In this document: positions 40,056-48,906 of the stretch, piece after piece
Position numbering within the stretch: position 1 is the stretch's first letter
How the letters are laid out: the number at the start of each line of letters is the position of its first letter
From: an uncultured candidate division Zixibacteria bacterium
Lineage (GTDB): Bacteria; Zixibacteria; MSB-5A5; GN15; FEB-12
Length of the DNA stretch: 64,000 nt
NCBI GenBank assembly: GCA_963664195.1
Contig: OY760907.1
Coordinates: 2,976,001 to 3,040,000, forward strand
Direction: 5' to 3'
Position numbers and translations under genes: made by a program
Notes under the pieces: model-generated
Told to the model about the DNA's origin: nothing
Seen by the model: the letters and a program-made list of their open reading frames with translations, nothing else
The model's database searches: none

Positions 40056-40706
40056 ATGGCAGGCGATGTTGCAGAAAGAGCAGCAAAACCGACTAAGGGT
40101 GGTCGAAGACCCAAACGTCGGGTTGCAATTCGCATCGACATGACTCCTATGGTCGATATTGCGTTCCTGCTCCTTATATTTTACATGGTCTCGACCGTGT
40201 TCTCCATGCCTCAGGCGATGGAAATCAACCTCCCTCCGGAAGAGGAGAAGGCGGATGTCGAGGTCAAGGAATCCAATCTGCTCACTCTTCATGTTGACGG
40301 AGAGAGCAGGTACTGGTGGCATCTGAAGAGGTCCACGCCGGACAATCTGCCGAAACTGCTGCCGACTTCGCTCAATAAGGCGGATACTGTGGAGTATCGG
40401 TTGGATGCCGACACCCTTCGCGGTTTGTTGGTGACTCAGAATCGAGCGAATCCCAAGCTTAATACTCTGGTGTTGATTCACCGAGACGCCAACTACGAGG
40501 ATATGGTAAATATCCTCGATGAGATTGACGTCATCGAGCGATCTTGGAACCACGCAATAGCTGAGAGTAAAGGCAAGAAAGTCTCCGAACTTACCAAAGA
40601 TGACGGTAAGTTTTCATACCGGTATGCTATGGGCGATTGGGAAGCTCGTGACGACAGGGTGATGGCGGAAGCAGTGAATGCTGCCGTTGCGGCTGGAGAG
40701 TTATAG
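40056..40706 (+). CDS. exbD: ExbD/TolR family protein 2
   Basis: Identical TM IDMTPMVDIAFLLLIFYM, plus ANYEDMVNILDE. Confidence 0.9.
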   Translation: MAGDVAERAAKPTKGGRRPKRRVAIRIDMTPMVDIAFLLLIFYMVSTVFSMPQAMEINLPPEEEKADVEVKESNLLTLHVDGESRYWWHLKRSTPDNLPKLLPTSLNKADTVEYRLDADTLRGLLVTQNRANPKLNTLVLIHRDANYEDMVNILDEIDVIERSWNHAIAESKGKKVSELTKDDGKFSYRYAMGDWEARDDRVMAEAVNAAVAAGEL

Positions 40707-40805
40707 ACAATTGACCGGGTGATTCCCGGTACCGGATCGGCGATAGGCGCCGCTTCGATATCGGGAGATCACAACGGTTTGGAGATACAAAAGGAGAGAG
40801 CAGAG

Positions 40806-41546
40806 ATGGCACAGAACGTGCAAAACGCTCTTTATTCACCATACGGCGCGTATGAACTGAAGTCGAAGTACCAGCGGAACTTCCTCTTCGGCACCGGTAT
40901 TACTTTTGCGACGGTTGCCGCTATCGTCCTCACCTCTTGGATAATGTCCCAGATGAAGGATGACGTGGTAATTGGCATGGGCGACAACGTGGTCGTTGTC
41001 AAGACCGTGGCCGAACTCGGCCCGCCGCCGACAATTGCCAAGAAGCCGCCGCAGGTCAAGGTGAACCAGCCAAACGTGGCTGCACCGAAAGTCGGTATTC
41101 CGAAGCCGGTCGCCGATGACGAAGTGCTTGACGACGACGTGGTCCTGGCCTCGAGAGAAGAGCTTGCGGAAATCGTGGCTCCGGACATCGTGGCTACCGA
41201 TCAGGAGCGAGAGATCGTGGTTGACATCGAAGAGGACGACTATTTGCCGTCGATCGACGAGTTTGTGCCGGTAGAACAAATCGCTCAAATGATTGATTAC
41301 AGGCAGCCAGAGTACCCGCGTCTTGCCAACCAAGCCGGTATCGAGGGTCTTGTCTGGGTGAAGGCGCTGGTGAGTAATCGTGGAGACGTATTGGACGCGG
41401 TTGTCTACAAGTCTTCGGGAACGGACTCATTGGACGATGCTGCTGTTGCTGCGGCGAAGTACAACAAGTTCAAACCAGCAATTCAGAACGGCCGTCCGGT
41501 CGCCATGTGGGTGACCTATCAGGTGAAGTTCGGCTTGGGCCAATAG
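40806..41546 (+). CDS. tonB: Energy transducer TonB 1
   Basis: YGAYELK N-motif, TM, Pro-rich linker, and P.YP..A...GIEG.V...LD.AA...KFKPA.QNG.PV. Confidence 0.9.
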   Translation: MAQNVQNALYSPYGAYELKSKYQRNFLFGTGITFATVAAIVLTSWIMSQMKDDVVIGMGDNVVVVKTVAELGPPPTIAKKPPQVKVNQPNVAAPKVGIPKPVADDEVLDDDVVLASREELAEIVAPDIVATDQEREIVVDIEEDDYLPSIDEFVPVEQIAQMIDYRQPEYPRLANQAGIEGLVWVKALVSNRGDVLDAVVYKSSGTDSLDDAAVAAAKYNKFKPAIQNGRPVAMWVTYQVKFGLGQ

Positions 41547-41580
41547 AGCGACCATTCGTTAATTGCAGATGGTGACAGAT

Positions 41581-41613
41581 AAAGACGCCCGCCTTTGGCG
41601 GGTGTCTTTTTTT
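41581..41613 (+). terminator. Intrinsic terminator
   Basis: AAAGACGCCCGCC-TTT-GGCGGGTGTCTTT followed by a T-run. Confidence 0.85.
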
Positions 41614-41981
41614 GTGTTGGCTGACCAGGATGTTCGTTGGTACGGGAAAGTGACGTAGGAAAAGCGGCAGGCCATCCGTCGTCGGGTGGGTTGCATGGAC
41701 CTGATGTTCTGGCTGTGAATGTCGAAACTACAGGAGTTTCGACCTACAAGATGCGTTGTACGGAGAAGAGTCACAGCTCTCGATCCTCAATCATAAACTG
41801 AACAAGAACACGGTCACACGCGTCTATATATATACGGGGACCTGAGCAAAATGACACGCATCTCGCCGGACTGATAATCGACGACTAGCACCAACGGAAT
41901 AAGAGGACCTGCCTGCCCGGATACGTTCGAATCGGTGCACGGGTAAGCCAACTTCTAACCTCCGTCCGAAGGGAGGCCGTT

Positions 41982-42749
41982 ATGTCTCTTACTAATTCAC
42001 CCTGTTACACACCGTACGGCGCGTACGAACTCAAAGCCACGTATCAACGTAACCTAACTCTCGGCACGGTCATTGTGACCTTTTCCGTGTTTCTGCTCGT
42101 GTCCGGCGGCTGGCTGTTCTCATCGACCGCGGTCACCGGAGGCATAGTCGATAGTGATCCCAGGACACGAGACACAGTGTTGATCGTGGTCGACCTGCCC
42201 ACTCCGATTACCATAACACGTGCGGAGCCGGACATTACCGTCGGAACGCAGCCCGCCGCGCCGATAGAAGGTGTGGTCAGCGACCTTGTGCCAGTCGCCG
42301 ATGAACTGGTGATCGAAGAGAACGTCATGGCGACTCAGGAGGAGATTAGCAATCTAATCGACGGTCAGGGGGGCGGTTTGGTCGATCCGGAGGGAACTGG
42401 GGTGTCCGGCAGATTAGACTTCGACGGTGCGGTTGTCGAGGAAATCGACTATCCGGATCCCAACGCATTCATCGCTGTCGATCAAGCGGCAGAGATGGTC
42501 CACCACGAGAAGCCGACCTACCCGCGACTGGCGCAACAGGCCGGACTCGAGGGCGACGTCTGGATCAAGGCGCTGGTTGACACCGACGGCACAACTCTGA
42601 AGGCGCTGGTGCTGGTGTCGTCCGGGACTTCGCAGTTGGACGAGGCTGCAGTTGAGGCGGCTTACAAGAACAGATACAAACCGGCTATCAAGGGGGGGGA
42701 GCCGGTGATGATGTGGGTCAGCTACAAAGTCGTATTTGAATTGGATTAA
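41982..42749 (+). CDS. tonB: Energy transducer TonB 2 (paralog)
   Basis: YGAYELK motif, TM, and PTYPRLAQQAGLEG.V TonB_C domain. GGAGG SD. Confidence 0.9.
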   Translation: MSLTNSPCYTPYGAYELKATYQRNLTLGTVIVTFSVFLLVSGGWLFSSTAVTGGIVDSDPRTRDTVLIVVDLPTPITITRAEPDITVGTQPAAPIEGVVSDLVPVADELVIEENVMATQEEISNLIDGQGGGLVDPEGTGVSGRLDFDGAVVEEIDYPDPNAFIAVDQAAEMVHHEKPTYPRLAQQAGLEGDVWIKALVDTDGTTLKALVLVSSGTSQLDEAAVEAAYKNRYKPAIKGGEPVMMWVSYKVVFELD

Positions 42750-42804
42750 GGAAGATCCTCTTTGCTCTCTTCGCGAACGGATGCAAAGGGTATCGCATCC
42801 GTTC

Positions 42805-42836
42805 AGAACGCCCCTTTATCGGGGCGTTCTTTTTTT
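42805..42836 (+). terminator. Intrinsic terminator
   Basis: AGAACGCCCC-TTTATC-GGGGCGTTCT followed by a T-run, and preceded by a second hairpin at 42775-42804. Confidence 0.85.
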
Positions 42837-42868
42837 CTATCAAAATCAGTCTCAAATACGTTTTGCTA

Positions 42869-42897
42869 TTGACAGGGGCACAAATGTGCAGTATTAT
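42869..42897 (+). promoter_or_regulatory. Sigma70 promoter with a palindromic operator (LexA-like) in the spacer
   Basis: TTGACA-N17-TATTAT. The spacer contains GCAC-AAAT-GTGC. Confidence 0.7.
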
Positions 42898-42945
42898 TGA
42901 TTTATGACGATAAGAGTACTGAGAGACAAGAGAGGAGACAAGGAC

Positions 42946-43245
42946 ATGGAACTGTCAAATATCGTCTTACACGTTGTGCCGCAGTCGGATACTGCGCAGA
43001 TGCCGGGTCCGTCGACGTTTGTCCCGGTGGCGCTGATACCGTCGGTCGAGGTGCCCCAGGCGTATGCTGATGCTGCGGATTGGAGTTCTGACTACACGTC
43101 GTCGCTCACCTACTGGGGGGGACATGAAAGTGAAGACTACGCCTATCACAATGCGGCGACCTGTCCTGATTGTGGTGGCGGGATGATTCGCCAGGGACGG
43201 TGTTGCGTGTGTCCGTCGTGCGGTTTCGAGAGTTGTCTGGTCTGA
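42946..43245 (+). CDS. Small Zn-ribbon protein
   Basis: CPDCG-x8-CCVCPSCG..SC at the C-terminus. AGGA SD before ATG 42946. Confidence 0.75.
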   Translation: MELSNIVLHVVPQSDTAQMPGPSTFVPVALIPSVEVPQAYADAADWSSDYTSSLTYWGGHESEDYAYHNAATCPDCGGGMIRQGRCCVCPSCGFESCLV

Positions 43246-43278
43246 TTACGTCCTGAGACGGGGCGGGGAGAATCGTAA

Positions 43279-45975
43279 ATGCGTTTAGGTGATTTGCAGA
43301 GATACGGGTTTTCATCGACTATGCTTGAATTGTGGCGTCAGAGACAGGGGGAGGCATTATTGCCGGTGCAGCGTCGGGCAGTATCGGCCGGATTACTTGG
43401 CGATGCCTCGAGCGGTTCGGTGCCGAAGAGTATGATTGTCTCTGCGCCGACCTCGTCCGGCAAGTCTTTCTGTGCCGAGTTGGCCGCTGTGAAGGCTCTG
43501 ACGGCTCGTAAGCGGGTAGTAATGCTGTTTCCTCTGAAATCACTGGCCTCGGAGAAGTATCGTCTGTTTGAGCGCACCTACGCCGATTATGGTATCAAAA
43601 CGCTCATCGTAACCGGCGATCATCCTGAAAACGACCGCGCGTTTCTTGCGGGTGACTATCAGCTTGCGATCGTTATATACGAGAAATTCGATCTGTTGCT
43701 CACGCGCAATTTCGATCTCCTGAGCAATATCGGGCTGGTTGTTATCGACGAGATCCAGATGATCAGCGAACCGGGACGGGGAGCCGTTCTGGAGCGCATG
43801 CTGACGCGTATTTTGGCTTCGAGCTACCGACCGTTGCTGCTGGCGTTGTCGGCGGCGCTGAGTGACCGTGATGTCGCCCCGTTGGCTGAGTGGATGCAGG
43901 CGACGCTGGTGGAGGAAACGGAGCGTCCGTGTGATCTGATTCGAGGCGTCGTGGCCGACGGTCAGTTTCGGTTCCGGTCGTACAACGGGGGAGAGGACGG
44001 TCAGGAGCCGTTTACGGTTGTCGGCAATGAAGCAGGCGGTCGTTCGTATGATGACTCTGAGTCGTTTGACGACGGTGTATTGGCGTCGTTTATCGAGCGG
44101 ATCAAAAAGGACGATGGTTGTACGCTGGTGTTTCTCAAGTCTCGTGCGGATGCGATGAATCTTGCGATGCGGCTGGCGACCTCGGTGAATTGGCCCCCGG
44201 CAACCGAAGCGCTTGAGCAGTTGGCTGGAGACGAACCGTCGTTTTTGAACCGGTCCCTCACGCGAGTGTTGTCGCACGGGGTGGCGTTTCATAGCGCGGA
44301 TCTGTCGGCTTATCAGCGGAGTGTTGTTGAGCAAGCGTTTATTGATGGGGAAGTTAAGGCGTTGTGTTCAACTACTACTTTAGCACTTGGCGTGAACCTT
44401 CCGGCCGACACGGTTTACCTTGAGACGGTCAAATACACCAGCGGCGCATACACCTCACGGCCTGAGTTATCACCGATCAGTCGAGCGGAATTCGACAATA
44501 TGACAGGTCGGGCGGGACGGCTTGGGATGGGGAATGGCTGTTCCGGCAGAGCTATCGTGATGGCCGATTCAGTTTTCGACCAGGAGATTCTCTGGGATCG
44601 GTATATCTCGCCTTCAGACAAACGACCGATCAGGTCGGCATTCGGGAGTTTGCCGCTGGAAGATTGGTTTTTGCAGCTTGTAGCGTCCGGTCTGGCGTCC
44701 TCGGAGGACGATCTCGAACGATTGACAAAAAGCACGCTCTGCGCTCACCTTGGCGGCGAGGCTGATCTCTGTCCCGACAATGCCCTGACGGAGCTTCGCA
44801 GCCACGGGTTGATTGCTATTGATGCCGTTGTTGTGACTCCGACGGGCATGTCTGTGGCTACGTCCGGTCTGGCTGTCCGTGCTTCCTGTCATTATTTGCG
44901 GAAACTGGAAGAGAGTATGCCGGAGAGTCGGTTTGGCTGGATCTGTTTGGCGTTGAGTTCGTCCGGGTGGTCGCTGCCGTCATCGGTGTTGAGCTGGTAT
45001 GAGCAGACGAATAATCTCCCGGTTCGGATGCTCTATCAGCGGTTTGATCATTCGGTGGAAGATGCCTGTCATTTGTTGCCGGAGGATCATCGGCGAGCGC
45101 CGCTGACTCGTCGGACCGCTGCCGCCCTGAAGTCGGCGCTACTGTTGGATGACTGGTGCAGTTTGACGCCGGTCCAGGAGATCGAAGAGCGTTACCGGAT
45201 GCATCTTGGTCAGATTCAGTCGTTGGGGGAGACTGCGGCGCATCTGATCCGTTCCCTGTCGGGTCTGGTACATGCGATTGACAGGGAGGCGCAGGTGGGA
45301 GGTTTGCTGGCGGATCATGCTTTTTCTCTCCGGGCTGGATTGCCGGCCTCTTTCCGGTCTCTGTATCGCAGGTTTGGCCGGTTGTTAGGAAGACATGATT
45401 TTGCCGCAATCAGAAACGCCGGGATAGAGTGTCTCGAAGAGTTTCTTGAGGTGCCGGCGGAGGAATTGGAGAGGTTGATAGTGGGTGGGGATAAGTATGG
45501 CAAAGTAATAGCATTACGAGATAATGTTAAAGAGGAGGTTGATATGCAGGTGTCCACTGTTGACAATCAGATTATGCCCAGTGCAAGGCCGCGGTCAATT
45601 GAGATCGACGGCAGTTTGGAGTCGGATCGTTATCTGATTCGTATCGATGGCTTCAACGTGAGGTTGACCGGCAAATCGTTCAAGTATCTCAGCAAACTGG
45701 CCTGGTCCCGGTTGAACGGTGAGGCCGGCTGGATTTATAAAGAGGATATCGAGGTCGGGTTCAATCAGGCCCGTTATCTGTATCGGATGAAGAACGAGAT
45801 CAATGCCGGGTTTTCTTCGTCGTGGCCTATCATCGAAAATAACCGGTCCGGCTATTATCGATTGAACATTGAGCCGGATAAGATTCGTATAAATCTCGAT
45901 AACTTGAAGAATCATCCGGATTTCGAACTCCGGAGCCTGTTTTCGGCGCAAACAGAGGGTCGGGCGGTCAATTGA
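43279..45975 (+). CDS. Ski2/Hel308-like SF2 helicase with C-terminal winged-helix domain
   Basis: APTSSGKS, PLKSLASEK, YEK.D, VIDEIQ, LSA, GVAFHSADL, STTTLALGVNLPA and NMTGRAGR. The last ~140 aa resemble an OmpR-like wHTH. Confidence 0.88.
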   Translation: MRLGDLQRYGFSSTMLELWRQRQGEALLPVQRRAVSAGLLGDASSGSVPKSMIVSAPTSSGKSFCAELAAVKALTARKRVVMLFPLKSLASEKYRLFERTYADYGIKTLIVTGDHPENDRAFLAGDYQLAIVIYEKFDLLLTRNFDLLSNIGLVVIDEIQMISEPGRGAVLERMLTRILASSYRPLLLALSAALSDRDVAPLAEWMQATLVEETERPCDLIRGVVADGQFRFRSYNGGEDGQEPFTVVGNEAGGRSYDDSESFDDGVLASFIERIKKDDGCTLVFLKSRADAMNLAMRLATSVNWPPATEALEQLAGDEPSFLNRSLTRVLSHGVAFHSADLSAYQRSVVEQAFIDGEVKALCSTTTLALGVNLPADTVYLETVKYTSGAYTSRPELSPISRAEFDNMTGRAGRLGMGNGCSGRAIVMADSVFDQEILWDRYISPSDKRPIRSAFGSLPLEDWFLQLVASGLASSEDDLERLTKSTLCAHLGGEADLCPDNALTELRSHGLIAIDAVVVTPTGMSVATSGLAVRASCHYLRKLEESMPESRFGWICLALSSSGWSLPSSVLSWYEQTNNLPVRMLYQRFDHSVEDACHLLPEDHRRAPLTRRTAAALKSALLLDDWCSLTPVQEIEERYRMHLGQIQSLGETAAHLIRSLSGLVHAIDREAQVGGLLADHAFSLRAGLPASFRSLYRRFGRLLGRHDFAAIRNAGIECLEEFLEVPAEELERLIVGGDKYGKVIALRDNVKEEVDMQVSTVDNQIMPSARPRSIEIDGSLESDRYLIRIDGFNVRLTGKSFKYLSKLAWSRLNGEAGWIYKEDIEVGFNQARYLYRMKNEINAGFSSSWPIIENNRSGYYRLNIEPDKIRINLDNLKNHPDFELRSLFSAQTEGRAVN

Positions 45976-46092
45976 TCTGCCCGGCGACAGGCTCGTCCGA
46001 TTGGCTGTTGTCCTCTTAGAGGTTGACAGGCGGACGGATTCTCAGGTACTTGCTCTTGAAAATGGTGCTGATGGCCGATAGTAACTAAGATT

Positions 46093-48582
46093 ATGATAAT
46101 AAAGAGCAAGACACCTCTGCCAGTCGTAGCGACTGATCGCGAGATCGCCTACCCGGTCCTCGCGCTCATGACCGGGGTTCTGTTCCCCGGTACCATGCTC
46201 ACCATTCAGGTGGGTCGACGCGAGAACCTCGCGCTGCTCGAAAGCTCCTTTGCCAACGGCAGCGAGTTTGTTGCGTCGTATTCCCATGCCGTTGAGGGTG
46301 AAGGGGAGACTACTGTTCATCAGGCCGGAGTATTCGCGATCGTCTGTGATGTTCGCGATGGTGTTGGCGGCTCCAAAGTCGTCACGCTGGAGGGACTCCG
46401 CAGGGCATCGTTGGTGAGAATCACGGCCACGGAGCCTTATCTGACCGCCGTTGCGGAAGCTGTGGACTCGCTCCCGTCCTCCGACAGAGTTGTACAGGAG
46501 AAAGCCACGGCCGTCATTTCTATAGTTGGCGAGATCACACAGCTTGATCCGGTCTACTCTCCGGAAATGTCGAACGTTCTCAAAATGAACGTTGAGGACC
46601 ATTCGCTTCTGGCGGATCATGTGTCAGCGACATTCCGTTTTCCGCTGGCCTCAAAGCAGGAGCTGTTGGAGGCGGTTTCTTTGGAGGAACGCTACTCCAA
46701 ACTGTTGTACTACCTCAATGCAGAATTGAGTCGCGCGGCCACGGTCTTGAGTATCAATGAGAAAGTCCGACGCCGGGTTCAAAACGAACAACAAAACACG
46801 TTTCTGAGGCAGCAGCTCCATGAAATCCGCAAGCAACTCGGGGAGGATTTCAGCGAGGAGAAGGAGGCTGCCCGTTGGCGCAGCCAGATCAAGAGTATGC
46901 CGGAATTGCCCCAGGAGGCAGTTGATCGGGCGAGAATCGAGATTGACCGCCTGGTGCAGCTATCCTCGGCCTCTGCTGAGTATGGCGTAACAAAGAGTTA
47001 TCTTGACTGGCTTCTGAATCTTCCCTGGCGAAAGAACTCGAAAGAAGACTATCAGATTCCGGAGGTTGAGAAGATTCTGTCCTCGGAATACTACGGTCCT
47101 TCCCATCTCAAAGAACAGATTCTTCAGAGGCTGTCGATCCGCAAACTGCTCGGAGGCAATGACCGCGGTCCGACGCTCTGCCTTGTTGGCTCCCCCGGTA
47201 CCGGAAAAGCCTCGCTGGCCAAGGCCATTGCAAAAGCGTTGGGCAAGCAAATGGTACGGATTTCCGTCGGTGGCATCACGGACATTTCCGAAATCAAGGG
47301 CAACCCTCGCACCTATCTTGGGGCGTACCCGGGGAAAATAGTCCGGACGCTTCGCGATGCCGGGGTAAGTGATCCCCTGGTGCTGCTTGAGGATATTGAC
47401 TACTTCAATGTCGAGAACGACTCCTCGGTGAATATGGCCCTGCTCGAGGCAATTGACTCGCGTTACAATGACAAGTTTTTCGATCAGTATATTGGCGTGC
47501 CGTTTGATCTGAGCAAAGTGTTTTTCATCTGCTCGGTCCGTTCCTATGAAGAGATCCCGGAGCAGTTCGTCCCGCGCCTCGAGATTATCGAGTTACCAGG
47601 ATATATCGAACGGGAGAAGATCGTCATTGCCAAGCGATATATCATTCCAAGCATGCTCAAAATGCACGGTCTGGTGAAGTCTGAATTCAAGATGAACGAC
47701 AAGGTACTGGCCAAAATCATCTCCTCCTATACGCAGGAGGCCGGTCTGCTGGGATTCTCGCAGCAGATCGAGAAGATACTCCGCAAGATAGCACTTGAGA
47801 AGGCAGAAAAGCGTAAAGAGAATTGGGTCGTCACCGAGCAGAATCTGGAATCGTACCTTGGAACGTCACTTTTCATACCTGAGAAGGCCGAGACTTTGTC
47901 AGAAATCGGCATAGCGGCCGGACTGGCCTGGACCGGTGCCGGCGGTGAGTTGATGTTTATCGAAGGTCTGAAGATGAAAGGGGAGGGGCAGATCATCACA
48001 ACCGGGTCGCTGGGAGAGGTGATGCGGGAGTCCATTCAGGCGGCCCACTCATACGTGCGATCCAAGGCGGACGTTCTTGGAATCGACTTCAACGATTTCA
48101 ACGACTTCGACATCCACATCCATTTTCCTTCGGGTGCTATTCCGAAAGATGGTCCTTCGGCAGGCATAACGGTCTCGCTGGTAATAGCTTCGGTTATGTC
48201 CGAACGTCCGATCCGACATGATTTGGCCATGACCGGTGAAGTTACTCTTCGTGGCAAAGTGCTGGCGGTGGGAGGCATCAAGGAGAAGATCGCGGCGGCC
48301 TACCGGGCGGGTATTCGTGGTGTATGTCTGCCAAAAGAGAATGAGAAGGACCTCAAGGATCTTCCCAAGGAGATTCTGCGGAGGACGAAATTCCATTTCA
48401 TTGAGCGAGTCGACGATCTCTTTGAGCTGTGTCTGCGCGACTTCAAACCCTCCACGTTCACGCTCGAGAAGGTGTTCGCCGAGGAAATTGAGAAAGTGCG
48501 TAACAAGCAGGAGAAGCCGCAGGAAGGGTCGAAACCTGTCAAACCTCGCGCCGCGCGCAAGACCACCAGCAAGAAAAAGTAG
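46093..48582 (+). CDS. lon: Lon protease homolog with degenerate AAA+ motifs
   Basis: LON N-domain (VLFPG), YLDWLLNLPW, GLAWT..GG, PKDGPSAG (Ser) and GGIKEK (Lys). Confidence 0.92.
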   Translation: MIIKSKTPLPVVATDREIAYPVLALMTGVLFPGTMLTIQVGRRENLALLESSFANGSEFVASYSHAVEGEGETTVHQAGVFAIVCDVRDGVGGSKVVTLEGLRRASLVRITATEPYLTAVAEAVDSLPSSDRVVQEKATAVISIVGEITQLDPVYSPEMSNVLKMNVEDHSLLADHVSATFRFPLASKQELLEAVSLEERYSKLLYYLNAELSRAATVLSINEKVRRRVQNEQQNTFLRQQLHEIRKQLGEDFSEEKEAARWRSQIKSMPELPQEAVDRARIEIDRLVQLSSASAEYGVTKSYLDWLLNLPWRKNSKEDYQIPEVEKILSSEYYGPSHLKEQILQRLSIRKLLGGNDRGPTLCLVGSPGTGKASLAKAIAKALGKQMVRISVGGITDISEIKGNPRTYLGAYPGKIVRTLRDAGVSDPLVLLEDIDYFNVENDSSVNMALLEAIDSRYNDKFFDQYIGVPFDLSKVFFICSVRSYEEIPEQFVPRLEIIELPGYIEREKIVIAKRYIIPSMLKMHGLVKSEFKMNDKVLAKIISSYTQEAGLLGFSQQIEKILRKIALEKAEKRKENWVVTEQNLESYLGTSLFIPEKAETLSEIGIAAGLAWTGAGGELMFIEGLKMKGEGQIITTGSLGEVMRESIQAAHSYVRSKADVLGIDFNDFNDFDIHIHFPSGAIPKDGPSAGITVSLVIASVMSERPIRHDLAMTGEVTLRGKVLAVGGIKEKIAAAYRAGIRGVCLPKENEKDLKDLPKEILRRTKFHFIERVDDLFELCLRDFKPSTFTLEKVFAEEIEKVRNKQEKPQEGSKPVKPRAARKTTSKKK

Positions 48583-48634
48583 CTCCCCGTTTCTACAATT
48601 CAGGGGCTAAGCCACACACTAATCTCCTTTTAAC

Positions 48635-48664
48635 TTGACAGATTTGCTGTCCGGCGACTATATT
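48635..48664 (+). promoter_or_regulatory. Sigma70-type promoter with a ~235-nt leader to the scaffold gene
   Basis: TTGACA-N18-TATATT. Confidence 0.5.
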
Positions 48665-48906
48665 GATGCTGATATTAGGTGGTCGGCGCGTGGGGTGCCA
48701 ATCTACCAGCTTCTTGAGTACTGCAGCCAGTACGCGACAACAGCATGAGCAAGTGAACGTGTAATCTGCGACGACTCTCTGAATTCCTCGCCGAAATGAC
48801 GCGTGCTTGCGGCAGGACGCCTGAAGTGTACGTCGGACATACCTTTCCAGTCCTGTATTGGATAACGATACGAATGTCTACGAACGATAAAGCCAGGAGG
48901 CGTGTG

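Noticed and set aside
43279..45975. Helicase as part of a known anti-phage system (Hachiman, BREX, DISARM)
   Set aside because: No recognisable partner genes, no island features, housekeeping neighbours and an SOS-like operator. It cannot be fully excluded without HMM searches.
48796..48906. Longer N-terminus for the scaffold ORF, and likewise the track starts at 841, 20361, 25428, 40719 and 42904
   Set aside because: Downstream starts have better SDs and/or give proper signal peptides or family-typical N-termini.
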